From: Phoronis australis
Taxonomy: Eukaryota > Animalia > Phoronida
Assembly (NCBI GenBank): GCA_002633005.1
Contig: NMRA01000097.1
Span: forward strand, 645,734-709,733
Direction of reading: 5' to 3'
Length of the DNA: 64,000 nt
The notes under the pieces were generated by a model. The model made no database searches. It saw only the letters and a list, made by a program, of their open reading frames with translations, and was not told the origin of the DNA. Position 1 is the first letter of the stretch, and each line of letters begins with the position of its first letter. This document shows positions 50,601 through 63,542 of this stretch, piece by piece. A program made the translations under genes and the position numbers.

Positions 50601-53600
50601 TATGGTATACTTCACTATTGACCAACTATTGCTGGCATGTACACATAACTCTTTTCCTACTTGCATTACCCTACCCCTCACTCACATACATGTACTGGTA
50701 ATGTGTCACTGTGCCCCTAAATACCTTGTGTAGCACTTAACCAAACCCTGGCGCTTTGAGATGCTGTGCTCATGTTGCATTGAAATTCAGCCCCTGGTAG
50801 TAGTCTAAAAACGTCGCTTAAAGTTGCATTTCATCCTAATGAGCTGGCTAAAAATGTATTAAATCTTTTACTCGGCTGATAAAATTACTCTCATAATTAT
50901 TTTTTACTTGGATAGAATTCTAGTTTTATTACCACCAAGGTAATCGAAACCAACAGTGACTTGAGAAAATACTTCAGAGATTATTGCAGTTGGCTTATCC
51001 TAAAATTGCATAAATATTTGGTAATGGCGCATGTATGCATTGTGTGTGTCCAGAGTTGGTAAATAATGCAATCCTTCATTGGTAAAGACTACTACGAGAC
51101 TGATTTTATCATGACAGTAAAAAGCTTATCCAAATAAACAGGGTAGAGGTACAGCTTTAATCAAGCCCTGGCACTTAATCGAGCCAAGACAATGTTTCAG
51201 TTGACTTAGTCTTTGAGATATATGATCTCTGAACTTGCATCCATTTAAGATACAACACAGTGTTCAAGTTCTTAGTGTCAGTCAGAAGGGTTCAACTTCA
51301 CCTGCAACACATCTGGGCATTGCAAATGGAACGCAAAAAGTTACTATCAGCCGACGTTCACTCTGCGGACAAGTGGCACCTGCGGACACATATGGCTTTT
51401 CTGGTAGATAACTTACAGTATTACCTACAGGTGAGTCCATTCAGTGGTCAAATGGCTGTGTTTGACACATTTCGCTGTACCACTGAACAGTGTCCAGTAT
51501 CAGCTTTGTTAAATGTTTTCAGTTTCATTACACCAGGCCTTAAAAAAGTGCAGGTTTCGGAATGCTGTGCTTGCCTTAGTTAAAAATCTTTCGGCCTGAT
51601 CATGAGCAGTGGCATGCGATTTTCCAAAAGAGATCTGCAAACAATTTCTATGATTTGTGAACATGTAAAATTATTAATAAATCCAGTATTTTGTGGTTTC
51701 TGTTTTTAAGTAAACCTCTCTATTGGATTTATATTATTTTTCAGTATTGTTTAACATTAGAATTTCAATTTAACTTAATTTTGTTTATTTAGTTCAATGA
51801 ACACACTGTCCTTTCAAAGGTTACTTGCTCGATATGGCATGTGTTTCAGATTGCAAAATATCACTCCCTTTCCCACTTAATCTGTAATAAATGAAAAACA
51901 AACCCTTCCATTTGTAATCTCACCCCAAGCTCCTATAACTACACTATAACTTCCCTTTTGGCCACCAGGTGGATGTGATCGAGTCTCAGTTCAGCACCTT
52001 CACATCATCCATACATGCCACGCATGACTTCGAAGCTGTGAGGTTCGCGCACGACCAGTTTCTAACGTCGTTGTTATCACAATCATTTCTGCTCATGAAA
52101 CCCGTGAGTTTGTTGTATTACTTTACACTTTAATATGCCAGTCACTCTTTATTGTTTCTTGTAATGTCTTTTGGGTCTCTGCCATGGTCCCTATGTTCTC
52201 TGGCTGTAGAATGTGCAAAAATGATGCTTCCATCGGTTTTGTAGTGATGCATTCTTTGTTAACATAGTCGCATCTTGTAGGATATTTTGCTTTGCTACAA
52301 TGACAGTTTTGACCTGATCCTACTTGGTGGACTGTGCAGTCCTTATGTTACAATCAAGTCATATTTTGTTTCTTTGAGAATCTTAATTTTATGATTTTTG
52401 CCATTTTTGGTTTTCATAATATTTGAAGAAATTAAAATTAGTAAATGGCGAACCTTTTACTTTGTTTGGGATTTCACCAAATTTGACGAAAATAAAACGT
52501 TGTTATGAGAGTAGCTGATTTGGAATCCCTTTGTGCCTAAACAGCTTATTCATCTCATGCCACAATGCAATAGAGTACAAAACTATTTTTCAAATGATTT
52601 TATTAATTATGGTAGCTACTAATTTGCAATTTTCTCAAAGCTTGGACAAAATTAGAAAACTTATTGATTGAATGTTTTTGTACGTTCTTGACAACTATTG
52701 TCGAACTGTCACCAGGTGTACCACTGTCTGATGGAGATCCTGTCTACGTGCCAGTCATTCTGCCACCTAGTGTCACATTCCTCAGAGCCAATGTTGGATG
52801 ACGAGGTCGGTCAGATGGAGACCATCACTAAGGTATTGTAAGAATGTCTTGTTTGCAAAAAAAATATTAAAAAATTACTTAACGTTGACATGGTCCGATT
52901 TATTTTCAAGTAGTGTTTTCCAATGTTGACCATTAGGCAAACTTGCTTGACACTTTAGTTCTGTCAATGCGCTGTCACCACTAGACTATGAGGCAGGTTA
53001 GACCACTGCAGCACTCTCTAGTGGCCTCTTGAGTCTCAACAGGAGACTTTTTGTACTCTTGGAGAGATCGTTTCAGTATGACATCTAGAGAGCCAATTGA
53101 AAATACTCAATAATTTTACTGAACCGGAACACAGACGTATTTGATGGCAATGTGCAGCCCCTAATCAATGTTTGGCCAGATTTCACCACTGCGGACTCTC
53201 CCAATTGCCATTTTGGGTCTTAACAAGGGGGTTTTCTGTATTTTGAGGGAGAAAAGCATCTCCAAATGATATCTGGACAGCTGATCGACAGTTTTCAATG
53301 AAACAGTTTTTGACGGCACTGTGCTGACACAAATCAAGTATTGGTTGGATTCAAATAAGGCGGCACCCCCTATTGGCCAAGTTGTGTGGTTGATTCTAAT
53401 GAAATTTACCACAGTAAAGTGGGGCATCATTGCAATGCTTCCCACTTTACAATTTGCAACTTTTTCTGATGGTAAGGGACAGTGGAAGCAGGCAGGGCTT
53501 ATCAGCATTTTTGAGGAACCAATTTGGAACAGATTTTATGCGAGCTACATAGCCATTAGTATTATTTTTTAGTATATTTTTTGTCATGTGTTTCTGAATC

Positions 53601-55835
53601 TGCCAAACTGCACAGAGGATCATCATGACAAGAGTATGACTGACACTGATTTTTGAGTGAGTCCAGCTACAGGAGCACCCCCTAGTGGTATTTTTGCATC
53701 TGCAATAACTCCATGCCAGGTGCACGATCTATGTGAAATTTGATTTGTGTACATGTATATCCATTAACTTGACAACAGGTGGACTGATCTATTTACTGCA
53801 CTACCTCGTAGTGGATTGTGAGTTTTTACATTTGGCACTGTATCTATGAGTTGCTGGACAGATTTTCATGAAATGTTACAAATAGTCTTCTATTAGGAGA
53901 CGGCCATGCATTCCATTTTTTAGACAGGTTTGATTTTGATATACTCTGGGCCATATAATAGCCATTTTTATACTAATTAACACCCCTAGAAACTTGTTTT
54001 TTGTAGTGCAGTTTTGGACACATTTCAACACTTCATACTGATCTTAGTGCAACATTGTTCGAATGATCGTCGTTAGGTAGTCCCTCATCCCACTCTGGCT
54101 GCAATTACGTTAACAAACTCTAGATCCAATATTAGTTCAATTTCTGTTCAAAAATGTTATCAATCATTGTTGATACTGATATGTTAATGAGAGATTGAGA
54201 GCTGTGGATAAAAGTATGACTATCACATTGGGACATCATGTTTTACAGAATTTTGAATTTCAATATTTTGATTTCATTTCCGACTGTCATTATAAATAAT
54301 TCGGGAAATAAGAAAGTCAACACTTCTCGTCTTCAGTGGATATGCTGTGGTCAGAATGGAGCTCGTACACATATTTGTTATTTCGGCGCATTAAACTGCT
54401 TCCTGGTTAAATTATCTTACTTTGAACGTGGTCAGTTTTGACCAGATGAAACAACACACAATATAAGTTTAAACAACACACTACCTTGGATATATGAATA
54501 TGTCAATCTCAATATGGCGTGGCTAGAGCATCTGCACGGTTAGCAAAAGGTCCTGGACTTGAGTCCCAGTCAGAGCAGACATCTTTTCGGACACATATAT
54601 AGTAGGTCACGTAATGTGGCCAACAGATGGCGTGCAGACACAACTTCAATGTTTGCAACATACCTTGGATAGTTGTTACCTGCCCACAGGCCTTCACTAT
54701 TACACTATATGTTGTTACAGAACTTCCAACGTCAGTCCAACCTGTTGTTCAAGATACTGTCCAGTGTGCGTAGCCACCAGTCCAGCCCTCACCTGGCCCA
54801 ACTGTTGCTAAGGATTGACTACAATCGCTACTTCACGCAGGCTGGAGGACAGCTTGGCAGGTAAGCTCCGTCTGCCTGTAACTCACTATCTGCTGTCCTC
54901 TCACTGCTTGCGTGCAAATCTGCTTGAGTTTAAAAGTCGTCGCACCAAACTCATTCCCAGGATTTCCAATCTTGTCTCAACGTGTTAATGATATGGCGAC
55001 ACGTATTTGGCTAAAAACATCACTTTCGATGAACAGATAACAGTTTTACAGCATTTTCACCAATTGCACCAAATGATCTTTGTACCCTCAAAACTCAATT
55101 GGCTCCAAAAGTATTAGCAATTGAAGAGTTAATGCAACAACATCCATGGGCTTTCACCCACAATCTGCCAGCACTCAATCGGTTTCCTCTCACTTTTGTC
55201 TGTTGATGAGCTTCAAGTAAGAACTTTAAAATCAGCACATATGTAAACAAAGACATGGTATTGGTCGACGTTTCCTTTTATTATCACTAAACCACTATCA
55301 AGATAAATGTTCTACGCAATACTCCAGTCAGGTAACATAGGAGAACAATCTGCACAGGTACACAAAGTCATCAAAGTGCATTGTGAAGAGACCACAAGTC
55401 ATAAATGCCCTAACAAACCAATGTTTCTATTCAAATAACGCTCAACGTGATCCAACGGTATATGTACAGCCTCCTTTATGAGGAGCCTGAGGGTGGTATT
55501 GGTTGATTTTCTACTGAGAACTACATTGGCCTTACAGCACTCTTAGGAAAGGCTCCTGCAAAGTTGAAGTAATCTAGTGAGTTTTGCATGGTGATGTAAT
55601 TGTGTATAAAGCCTAGTTAGCTGTTCATCTTTCAGCGTTTGTCAAAATGAGCTTTCATACAGCAGCATCCGCATTTTAATTTGTTCAGTGCAACATTAAT
55701 TTCGGAATAATTAATATTCAGGAACAGTTATTATTACAAGATTTGTTTAATGATTGCCGCAGTCCTATTCATAGAAAGGTATTGGAGCCTAGATTTTCAA
55801 TCTTATTTCATTCTCTTTGCAGCTTGTCCAGTTAA
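41660..55835 (+). CDS. TUBGCP4: Gamma-tubulin complex component 4 (16 exons, about 656 aa)
   Basis: Exons 41660-41737, 42774-42915, 44096-44253, 45268-45324, 45801-45880, 46496-46688, 46998-47169, 47773-47897, 48570-48726, 49283-49390, 49598-49712, 51250-51430, 51969-52103, 52716-52832, 54721-54860, 55823-55835 (1971 nt, phase-consistent). Motifs MLHELLLALNGFPG, GLHGLYLRSFCDGLD, MYKQLSAWLLYG, MLPSYIP..ILFVGESVQMFE, IIKDFFLLGRGEL, YTVEWPLHVLFT, HMAFLVDNLQYYLQVDVIESQF, HLAQLLLRIDYNRYF. Confidence 0.96.
42461..42588 (+). repeat. Short interspersed element, copy 2 (TUBGCP4 intron 1)
   Basis: Close copy of 27540-27668, including caagatggcggacgacctttggag and the cggactata end. Confidence 0.85.
50533..50629. 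repeat. Tandem repeat, about 3.7 x 26 bp
   Basis: ttcactattgaccaactatggtatac repeated without spacers, in TUBGCP4 intron 11. Confidence 0.92.
54515..54580 (+). repeat. tRNA-derived SINE-head remnant
   Basis: tggctagagcatctgcacggttagcaaaaggtcctggacttgagtcccagtc resembles the D-arm to T-arm part of a tRNA with a degenerate B-box. Confidence 0.4.
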
Positions 55836-56878
55836 CCAGTTACGTGTAGAGATAACAACTGGAGATATCCACACGGATGTGCAGAGGTTGCTCAGTTTGA
55901 ACACAGCTGGCTCACAGGAGTGGGTATCCAGTGCTATTTACAGGCTATGGATTTGCATAGTGTCACCAAATGGTTACGGGGTTCTTTGTTGGACAAAAGC
56001 TCTGCAGCGGACCTATGATTCACCTGTAATGTGATGGTGATTTAAAGCTGTGAGATTTTGCAGCATTTTGACAGTTGTTATTAGTCATGATATACGTCTG
56101 TAAATAAGTATTCACATATTGGGGGATACAGGCAAAAACCTTGTGCAACATAATTTGGCCTAATTTTTGCAAGTCAATAGCTTAACTTTTGTATAGTTGC
56201 AATGCCAAATGATGCAAAAGATAGTGCCTTTACTTTTCACCATGAAGTAGATTGATTTGTGTAACCAGTTTACCAACAAATCTGTATTTTCAACAACAAT
56301 ATGACCTGATGATGCCTTCAGTAAATTATGTCAGGGTACCGGTCATAAACTGTTTGCACGGCTCATGGCAGCAGAAACTGATGTTAGAATGCTTTTGTCC
56401 AACAAATTATGAGCTTGAAGAGTTCTTTTGTGCAATCAATGCCCTAAGGAGTTCCATTTCCGGTATTTGTTATTTTGAAATTGTGTGACTACATTAAATG
56501 TTTTGCAGAATAATGTTCTGTTTAATCTGTTACCCAAACAACTGTTTATTTAAAAACATAGTTTCACACCAAAACAACTGCTTTTCAACACTAATAATAG
56601 CACTGTGTGAATCTGTTGCACAAGGCAGTTCTTGTCCACACAGCTTGGTTAATGAGAAAAGCACACCAGTAATAGCGGAGTCAATTCTGAGAACAGGCAT
56701 ATGTGGTTACATAACCGTCTGTGATGTCAGATCAGTTAGACAGCTGTGTATTGCAATGGCTATAGACAGTCAACCCTCAAAAACTTAATTTGCTTCACTT
56801 TTTCATCTCCATTTGTTGACGTAACTAATTTGAAATTGTTTTTTGCCAACGAGATGTAAAGACCAGTGTATCACCGAT

Positions 56879-56884
56879 AATAAA
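56879..56884 (+). terminator. Candidate polyadenylation signal for TUBGCP4
   Basis: AATAAA about 1.05 kb after the stop, followed by T-rich sequence. Confidence 0.45.
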
Positions 56885-56962
56885 GCCTAATACACAATAT
56901 TACAGTTTTTATTTTTTTCTCATTTTAAGCAGTGAGTAGGAAGGATTTCACCTTTTAATTTA

Positions 56963-57194
56963 CATGCGCGCACCCAGCCTCCAATATGGGGGGGCTCGAA
57001 TTCCTGACGTTGTGGACCTTTTGGTAACAAAAATGTGGGCAGACAAAAAAGGCGCCACCACTGTAAATTGCGTGTTTGCGCTTGTTTAGTGGACTTTTGT
57101 TTCATTTTCACGGACTTTTGTGTCTCGTAGGCGGACCATTTTGCCCATTTCGCCAAATGGGGGCTCGTTCGAGCGCCCCCTGGATGCGCGCATG
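56963..57194. mobile_element. MITE, 232 bp, 15-bp TIR, 5-bp TSD
   Basis: catgcgcgcacccag ... ctggatgcgcgcatg (1 mismatch), flanked by attta (56958-56962 and 57195-57199). Confidence 0.88.
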
Positions 57195-58244
57195 ATTTAA
57201 CCACATATTTAATTGAAATTTGAGTGGAGGTGGCAATCTCAATGACAGAATTACAAGAACACTTGAAATGGAAGTCTTCTGATCTTGGTTTTTAAATTCA
57301 TGTGTTAATCTATTGAAATAATAATAAACCCAAGGCATCAAGAAATATTACCTGAACATATTATTTCAGGCGTTCAGTATGGCAAGCTAATTCTACCGTG
57401 CTTTGGTCACTGAGTCATAGAAATCAAAGAACAAATCAGGACGATTATGATTTAATCCGCAGTTCAAATTAAAATCAAGTGCTTTCAGTCGGGAATATAT
57501 ATTTGATTTCTACAGTGAAACGCTTTCAAGATAATTGAAAGTTACATCTACTGTACATACATGTAAGTCAAAACTGAAATAATCTCAGTACAGTAAAGTT
57601 GATATGTAAGTCAAATTGATCTAATCTTTCACCAAAATAAGTAACTTAGAATGCACAGTATTTTAAAACATTTAAGCAATACAAACGTTATCCAACAACA
57701 CGACAAATTTACATGATTATGAAAGTGGATAAGCTTAACTATTACCATGGCGACCAGGTGTTTCATTACATTAGAATTCGACAAGCATGATTTGAAAAAA
57801 TAAGAAGTTACAAGAAAAAGGATTGGAGGCTAGAAGCTTAACAATCCAACATGGCCTATTACTCTAATTAAGAGCCTTTACATTTTGAGTCTTGATAACT
57901 TGAATTAAGAAAGAAAAAAGTTACAACGCATGTATAAAATTCATACGCAAAATTTAGAAAAATATGAATTATGTTGTGACACATAATCAAATCTAAAAGC
58001 GCAATTGACTTTCAAAGAAAACACGATTTCAAAACTTTTAAGCTGAGCGTATTGTCACTCTGCAATAATTAGAATATTCCTTATATTTTTTGCAGAAAAA
58101 CATAAATATTGTGCAAAGTTGCTTTTTTGTAGCAGCTTTCATCAAAATGTTTCAAAGTTAAAACTTCACCAAGTACAAAATAGCCCATTAAACATGCCCT
58201 TCAGTTCAGCAGAAGTCGCCATGTTATCTGTGCCGACAGAAATG

Positions 58245-58495
58245 AGTCCAACGGGAATTCTGAGCACATTTATCACTCCATAAGTAACATCTGCGAGACT
58301 AAAAACTGGTGAAAACTGTGAATAGCGCAGAATAGTAGGTAAAGATTTTTCTCACTTAGTGTCATCGTAAATTATTTGTGAAAATAATTTATACACAGTT
58401 GTAAACTCGTTACTATGAGACTAAGTCTAACGGGAATTGTGAGCATTTTTATCACTCAGTAAGTAACATCTGCTTGGATGAAATCCAATGAAAAC
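58245..58495 (+). repeat. Two diverged direct copies (about 50-70 bp, about 180-bp spacing)
   Basis: agtccaacgggaattctgagcacatttatcactccataagtaacatctgc versus agtctaacgggaattgtgagcatttttatcactcagtaagtaacatctgc. Confidence 0.7.
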
Positions 58496-59959
58496 TATTG
58501 AATCGCCCAGTGACCTTCGGGATTTATGCCGGGGTTATTTACTTGAGTATAATGCACGTGCTGAAGTTTATTAGGATTGTTTCTCGATCGCTTTCTGCTG
58601 TTCGGTCGAAGCACACATAGTAGAATTAAAGGAGCTTGCCACCCAAAAAACATCCTAATTTGTATCAATTTAGATCGAGTAATTCTACTCCGTAACGACA
58701 CATACATGTACGGTTGCGTTACCTGACACCTGGCAGACGTAGGTGTTGAAATTATGCCAATGACGTCATCGGTTTCACACGCAGTCTGTTCAGCAGTTCA
58801 CAACACGGGTTACTGGTGTCAGCTTATCGCGTGAAGTCATCGTTTAACACAAATAAATCATCAAACTTCGATGCAAAACCCTCAAAAATACACCGAGTTC
58901 TTATAAAAACGTGTTGTTTTATTTCGCTCTTACAGATTTATTGGTATTTGGACACATCGTAGCCTACAAAGTTCGACAGGCCAATAAGGTCCGTAGCAGG
59001 AGTTTGGAGTCTGTTCAGAGATAATTTCGAAGTATTTTCCGTGAGATACAGACAGGAGAACTTAGATCTGTGTTGTTTAGACATGTGATTTTTTGATTTC
59101 TAAACACAAAACGCTCGTTATCCTGGCCAGTGGCTCGGAGCCCGATCAGGCCCGTCGCGGCAGGCCGGATCGGATTGACTCGTTATCCCGGCCAGTGGCT
59201 CGGAAACTGATCAGACATCACGAACATAAACCAGCCAAAGATCAGTGGAAAATAAACTTCCAGTCAAGAAAATACTATATTATAGTGAGCCAAAGTAATG
59301 TGCACGCGATTATGTTGGTGAATTAGCCACGAAACTGCAAGTCTACTTACTCGTCGGGTGCCGCGCGAATTCAGGTTTGCTCTGGCCACAGCCGGCCGTC
59401 AGGGCAGAAGTTGTACATTGACAATCATTATTTGAATAATGTAAATGTAAATAAAGACTCCCCTAACCTGGCCATGGGATGGAAATCGAGTTGTTTCACA
59501 ACAGTTTCTGCCAGCAAACACTAAATTAGCATGAGCTCACACGGCCTCGGTGCCAGTGTCCCGTCAATTAGTTTTATTGCACCTAAAGCCGGTAACGCAG
59601 TGATTTATTCATTGCTGGCTTCTCAAATCATTTGCACTCACGAACACTCCAAAGGCATTACAAACTGCATCCAATGTGACAGACTTTGTTTCAGTTTTAA
59701 ATAAGTATTGGTTAGGGTGAGAATAATTCATTTTGAAAAAAAACACTCAGTAATAAACGCCAACATGGCAACTCGCAATCCCGACTTAGGACGAGCTAGA
59801 GCTCATCAGTCCCGACTTCGGAGGTAGATCGTTAAGTTTTACAGGCTATCAATTCGAGCAGGAATACAGTGATGAAGAAATACTAGAGAGGCGCCGTGAA
59901 CAAGCTCAGAAAAAGGAACGCATGGAGTTATTCGGTAAGCCGGCCGGCATTCGTCATGC

Positions 59960-60163
59960 ACTGTCGACGTCTGCAGACCACAGACACGGAGATGTTTCAC
60001 GGCCTCATACTTGCTATTTACAGCGTACATTTCATTCTTCACTACCATGAGCCACTTCCTAAGCATTTCGGGCTCTCGAGGAAGTAAAAAAACGATATAC
60101 CCGCTTTCCTCGCAGCTGCTTAGTTCGGACAAGGGGGAACGATGCACCGCAACATAGCGGCAT
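59960..60163 (-). pseudogene. Decayed THAP zinc-finger coding remnant (probably DNA-transposon derived)
   Basis: MPLCCGAS..(frameshift)..CPN..(frameshift)..GYIVFLLPREPEMLRKWLMVVKNE...KHLRVCGLQ follows the THAP pattern C..C..FxxP..KW..RVCxxH, with the last His lost. Confidence 0.45.
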
Positions 60164-61708
60164 TCACTCTGCATATGAACCACTGACGTCACTAGCGTCG
60201 TTTCTCACCTTAATCACAGGTTAACACGACACCTCTTGGCAATTTAAGATCGACCGTGTGCGAGGCGATGTGGATATAGACCGATTAAGACGGCAAAAAA
60301 GACTAATTATATCGGGTGGCATTCTCCTTTAAAGCAAACCATCTGCGTTGCATTTGTGGGCGCTTTTCAACGCTCCGCGTTGCTCTTGTACCAATGTGCA
60401 ATTAAAATGGGTCACTTGTTGCTGAAATTTAGCAAAAACGAAAGATACATCCCTTGCGAAACCATGGTATCAATAAAATGGTCATGAAATTCACTTGATT
60501 TAGTTGTTCAATATGAATTAAATATCAAAAACGTAGCTACAATTTTCGGTAAGTTATCACTTCGTTTTTGTTTTATGCAACTTTGGATTCTTTTATATAA
60601 CAGTATTATTTTTAATCACCACATGCAAAAATGATGTATTTTAAAAAACAAATATCACTAAACACCATTTTGGAAAAACTTTGCAAAATGGATGGTTTCT
60701 GAGAGTTTCCAATGTGCATCACTTAGATTAAGTCATTTCTGAGGTATGATGTTCCAAAGTTTGCCCATTTGGGACAATTTTCTAAGAGCTTGTATAATCT
60801 TAAAAGGGTACCAAATCCGGTTTTGCCTTATTAACAAATATTAAAAACGGCCTTCCAATCCAGTTTTCTGAAACAAAAATATTGCTCTGAAACCCTCGAC
60901 AACCCTCAAAAGTATGGAACAAAATTTAAAAATTAAATTCGAAGTCTGTCAAATGGTAAAGCGTGTTCTACGCCGCGTGTTGAACGGTTAGTGTGGGAAA
61001 GATCATCACCAAGAACCAGCTTGTTCAACCTGTGAGGAAGGCAAGTATGGGGTTTTAGATCATTCAAGTGAGACGCCAGTGATGCATTAGCAGGTGACAG
61101 AACGAGAATTGGTTGAAATCACCAAAACAGTTAAGTATCGTTTTAAGTAACCATTACTTGTGAATGGTGTCCCATAAAGTGCTGTTGAAACCTACATTTT
61201 AGTAATGATTAAATCTTTGAATATCATTGTTTGTGCGAAGTGAAACGCTCAACTCAGGCAAACCTTTGGATTTGACGAGCGTCCGACATTACTCCGCTCT
61301 GCATCGTCTTTTGTTAACTGTTAAACGGCTCGCATGAGTAGACTAAAAGATTTATTCAGAGATTGACGTAATTCAACTTATCTGAAGGCCCGAGTGCACG
61401 GACTAGAACAACCATACCGCGGAACATTACGCCAACTTGAACTAGTTTATAATCTGGCCAATATGTAGCCCTGAGCAGCTGCTAATGGCGCTCACTGGCA
61501 GGGCTAGACTTGCATGCACCTAAGCGACCCCTGTGATCTAAACATGTCTGGTTCCCATCACCAGCTGTTGGGACACGCGATATGGTCATTCGCATGCTGC
61601 TCTCGAAGGTCCCGTAGGTCCCTCCTGATAATTTTAATTTAAACCAGTTCCCATATACGTTACCATTGTCATCAAAGATTGCTAACAATAACGATGATGC
61701 AGATCAGT

Positions 61709-61967
61709 CATGCTAGCATCTAGCCTAAATTATAGGGGATCGAATTTTTCAGTATGTGTACCTTTTACTGAACAAAAAACGGGGACTAAAAAACGGCGTA
61801 CTACGTTTAAACCTATAAATTGTGCATTCGCGCCGATTTCCTGTGGACTTTTTCCTCGTTTTTTCGGACTTAAAGTTTCTCTGAAGCGGACCTTTTTGCC
61901 CACTTCGCCAAATGGGAGGCTTAATTGTTCGAGCCCCCCCCCCCGCCCTTCCCTGGGTGCGCGCATG
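61709..61967. mobile_element. Diverged MITE of the 56963-57194 family
   Basis: Right end ccctgggtgcgcgcatg; internal gtggactttt and cttcgccaaatggg; degenerate left end catgctagcatctagcc. Confidence 0.7.
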
Positions 61968-63017
61968 CAGATCACCATCAACAACAAATGGGCAATGACT
62001 GTACAGTTGACAACAACCGTACGAATGTGCAAATATTGTTGACACCAACAAATGAATCGCTAACAGCAACTTTGTTAGTCAGATGACCGTGAATCAGAGA
62101 TTTCAATTTAAGGGGTGGTTGAACAGCTAGCCCCGGCGATACCGTATTTCACGCCTAGTGTGCATCTGCGTGCCGTCAGCGCATGTTGAAAATGCATAAT
62201 GACTGCAGCAGTGGGCACTTTTATGCACGGCATACAGACTTACTCTACTGTCTAGTAGAGATGGTCTTAGTTCGCGCGGGTAAGTTATCAGTAACACGTG
62301 CATTTTCCCAAGAAGATCGAATACCGGTACATAAATGGAGTGGAGTGCAAAGACCTGCAGAAGCCGTTGTAGCTGAGAAGGTAATGTGTTCCGTGTTTGT
62401 TATTTAGTGACGTATACAGCAACATTGTCTCACGAGAGTACGGTATTCAAACTAAGTACCAAATCCGCCTCCCGTTCAGTAACGCTAGGACCTTGCTTAA
62501 AAGCAAGACTTATTTGCGAGATTACGCGAGATATTGCAATGTATTTTAAATTAGAGCACGTGACCTTGACTAGCTTTTGGCTAGGTCTTAGCGTAGGTCC
62601 TAGCGTCTACTGAACGCACGCCAGCTTTGCCCCAACAACGACGGAAGTGAACCTTGATCCATAATGGTGTGGCAATACATCTTTTAAAACATTCTTGTGT
62701 CTCAAGCTTTCCAATTCATAGACCAGCCCTGTCCGCACATTTCGATTAATCATAGATAAGACGTTGTATTCGACTGCGTTTGTGATTCGACTCACCTTTT
62801 CAGAACTCTAGAATAACTGAAACCGAGCCATATTTTGCTTCCCGCATTTTCGTTTCAATTGACTCCACCTGTCTGCACAAGCTGATATGAAGTTGATACA
62901 AATTAAGTCGCGGTGGTATGGAAAATCAGGCCGTGTGTGTATGCTAGGACTACCCCGCAATAACTTGAGTTTGGGTTTTTACGTGCTTTTTTCTTTGTCA
63001 CATTACAGGAGGTCGAC

Positions 63018-63542
63018 ATGAATGTGTTTCTGACCGTGTTGTTGTGCGCACTTGGCGCTGTGCATTCAGCTCCGTTAGATGGCGTTTTGTTCCGCGAGGC
63101 CAGAGGTAATGTTTGTGCTTTTGGAACTGCATGCACGAATTTATGTTTGTTTTCTGCTTATGATTGATGTCTACTAGTAAAGACCAGTCACTGATGGCTG
63201 CTGACTTACCATCATGTGTCAAAAATGGTGGTTGAATGCCGAACGCACGAGGGAGACATTGTTCAAATGTAGGCTACTGTGCCATTCCGATGAGTCCCGT
63301 TGATGAAAATCTTTATCTACAAACGTGCTTATGATTCCCACTGTTTTGGATTTGAACGATCCACGCTACATAGAAATCTTTAAACTTAGTCTTACTGACT
63401 GTTTGTTACAGCCAGAAATGGTTTCGAAGAAGGCCGATCTGTTGGCAGAGTGTCTGTTGTCAACGAGGCATCTGGTCTCGCGGCCAGTCGTCGCCATCCT
63501 GGCATTCTCTACACTCTAAACGACTCAGGTGGAAAAGCGAGA
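63018..63542 (+). CDS. Secreted protein with bacterial-type beta-propeller signature, first two coding exons (3'-incomplete)
   Basis: Exon 63018-63105 MNVFLTVLLCALGAVHSAPLDGVLFREAR (signal peptide) ends AG|gtaatg; exon 63412-63542 (ttacag|CC...AGA|gtaagt) continues in phase: ARNGFEEGRSVGRVSVVNEASGLAASRRHPGILYTLNDSGGKAR. Not in the ORF track. Confidence 0.82.

Noticed and set aside
50533-50629. 26-bp repeats as a CRISPR array
   Set aside because: Units are contiguous with no spacers, lie in a spliceosomal intron, and no cas genes are present.
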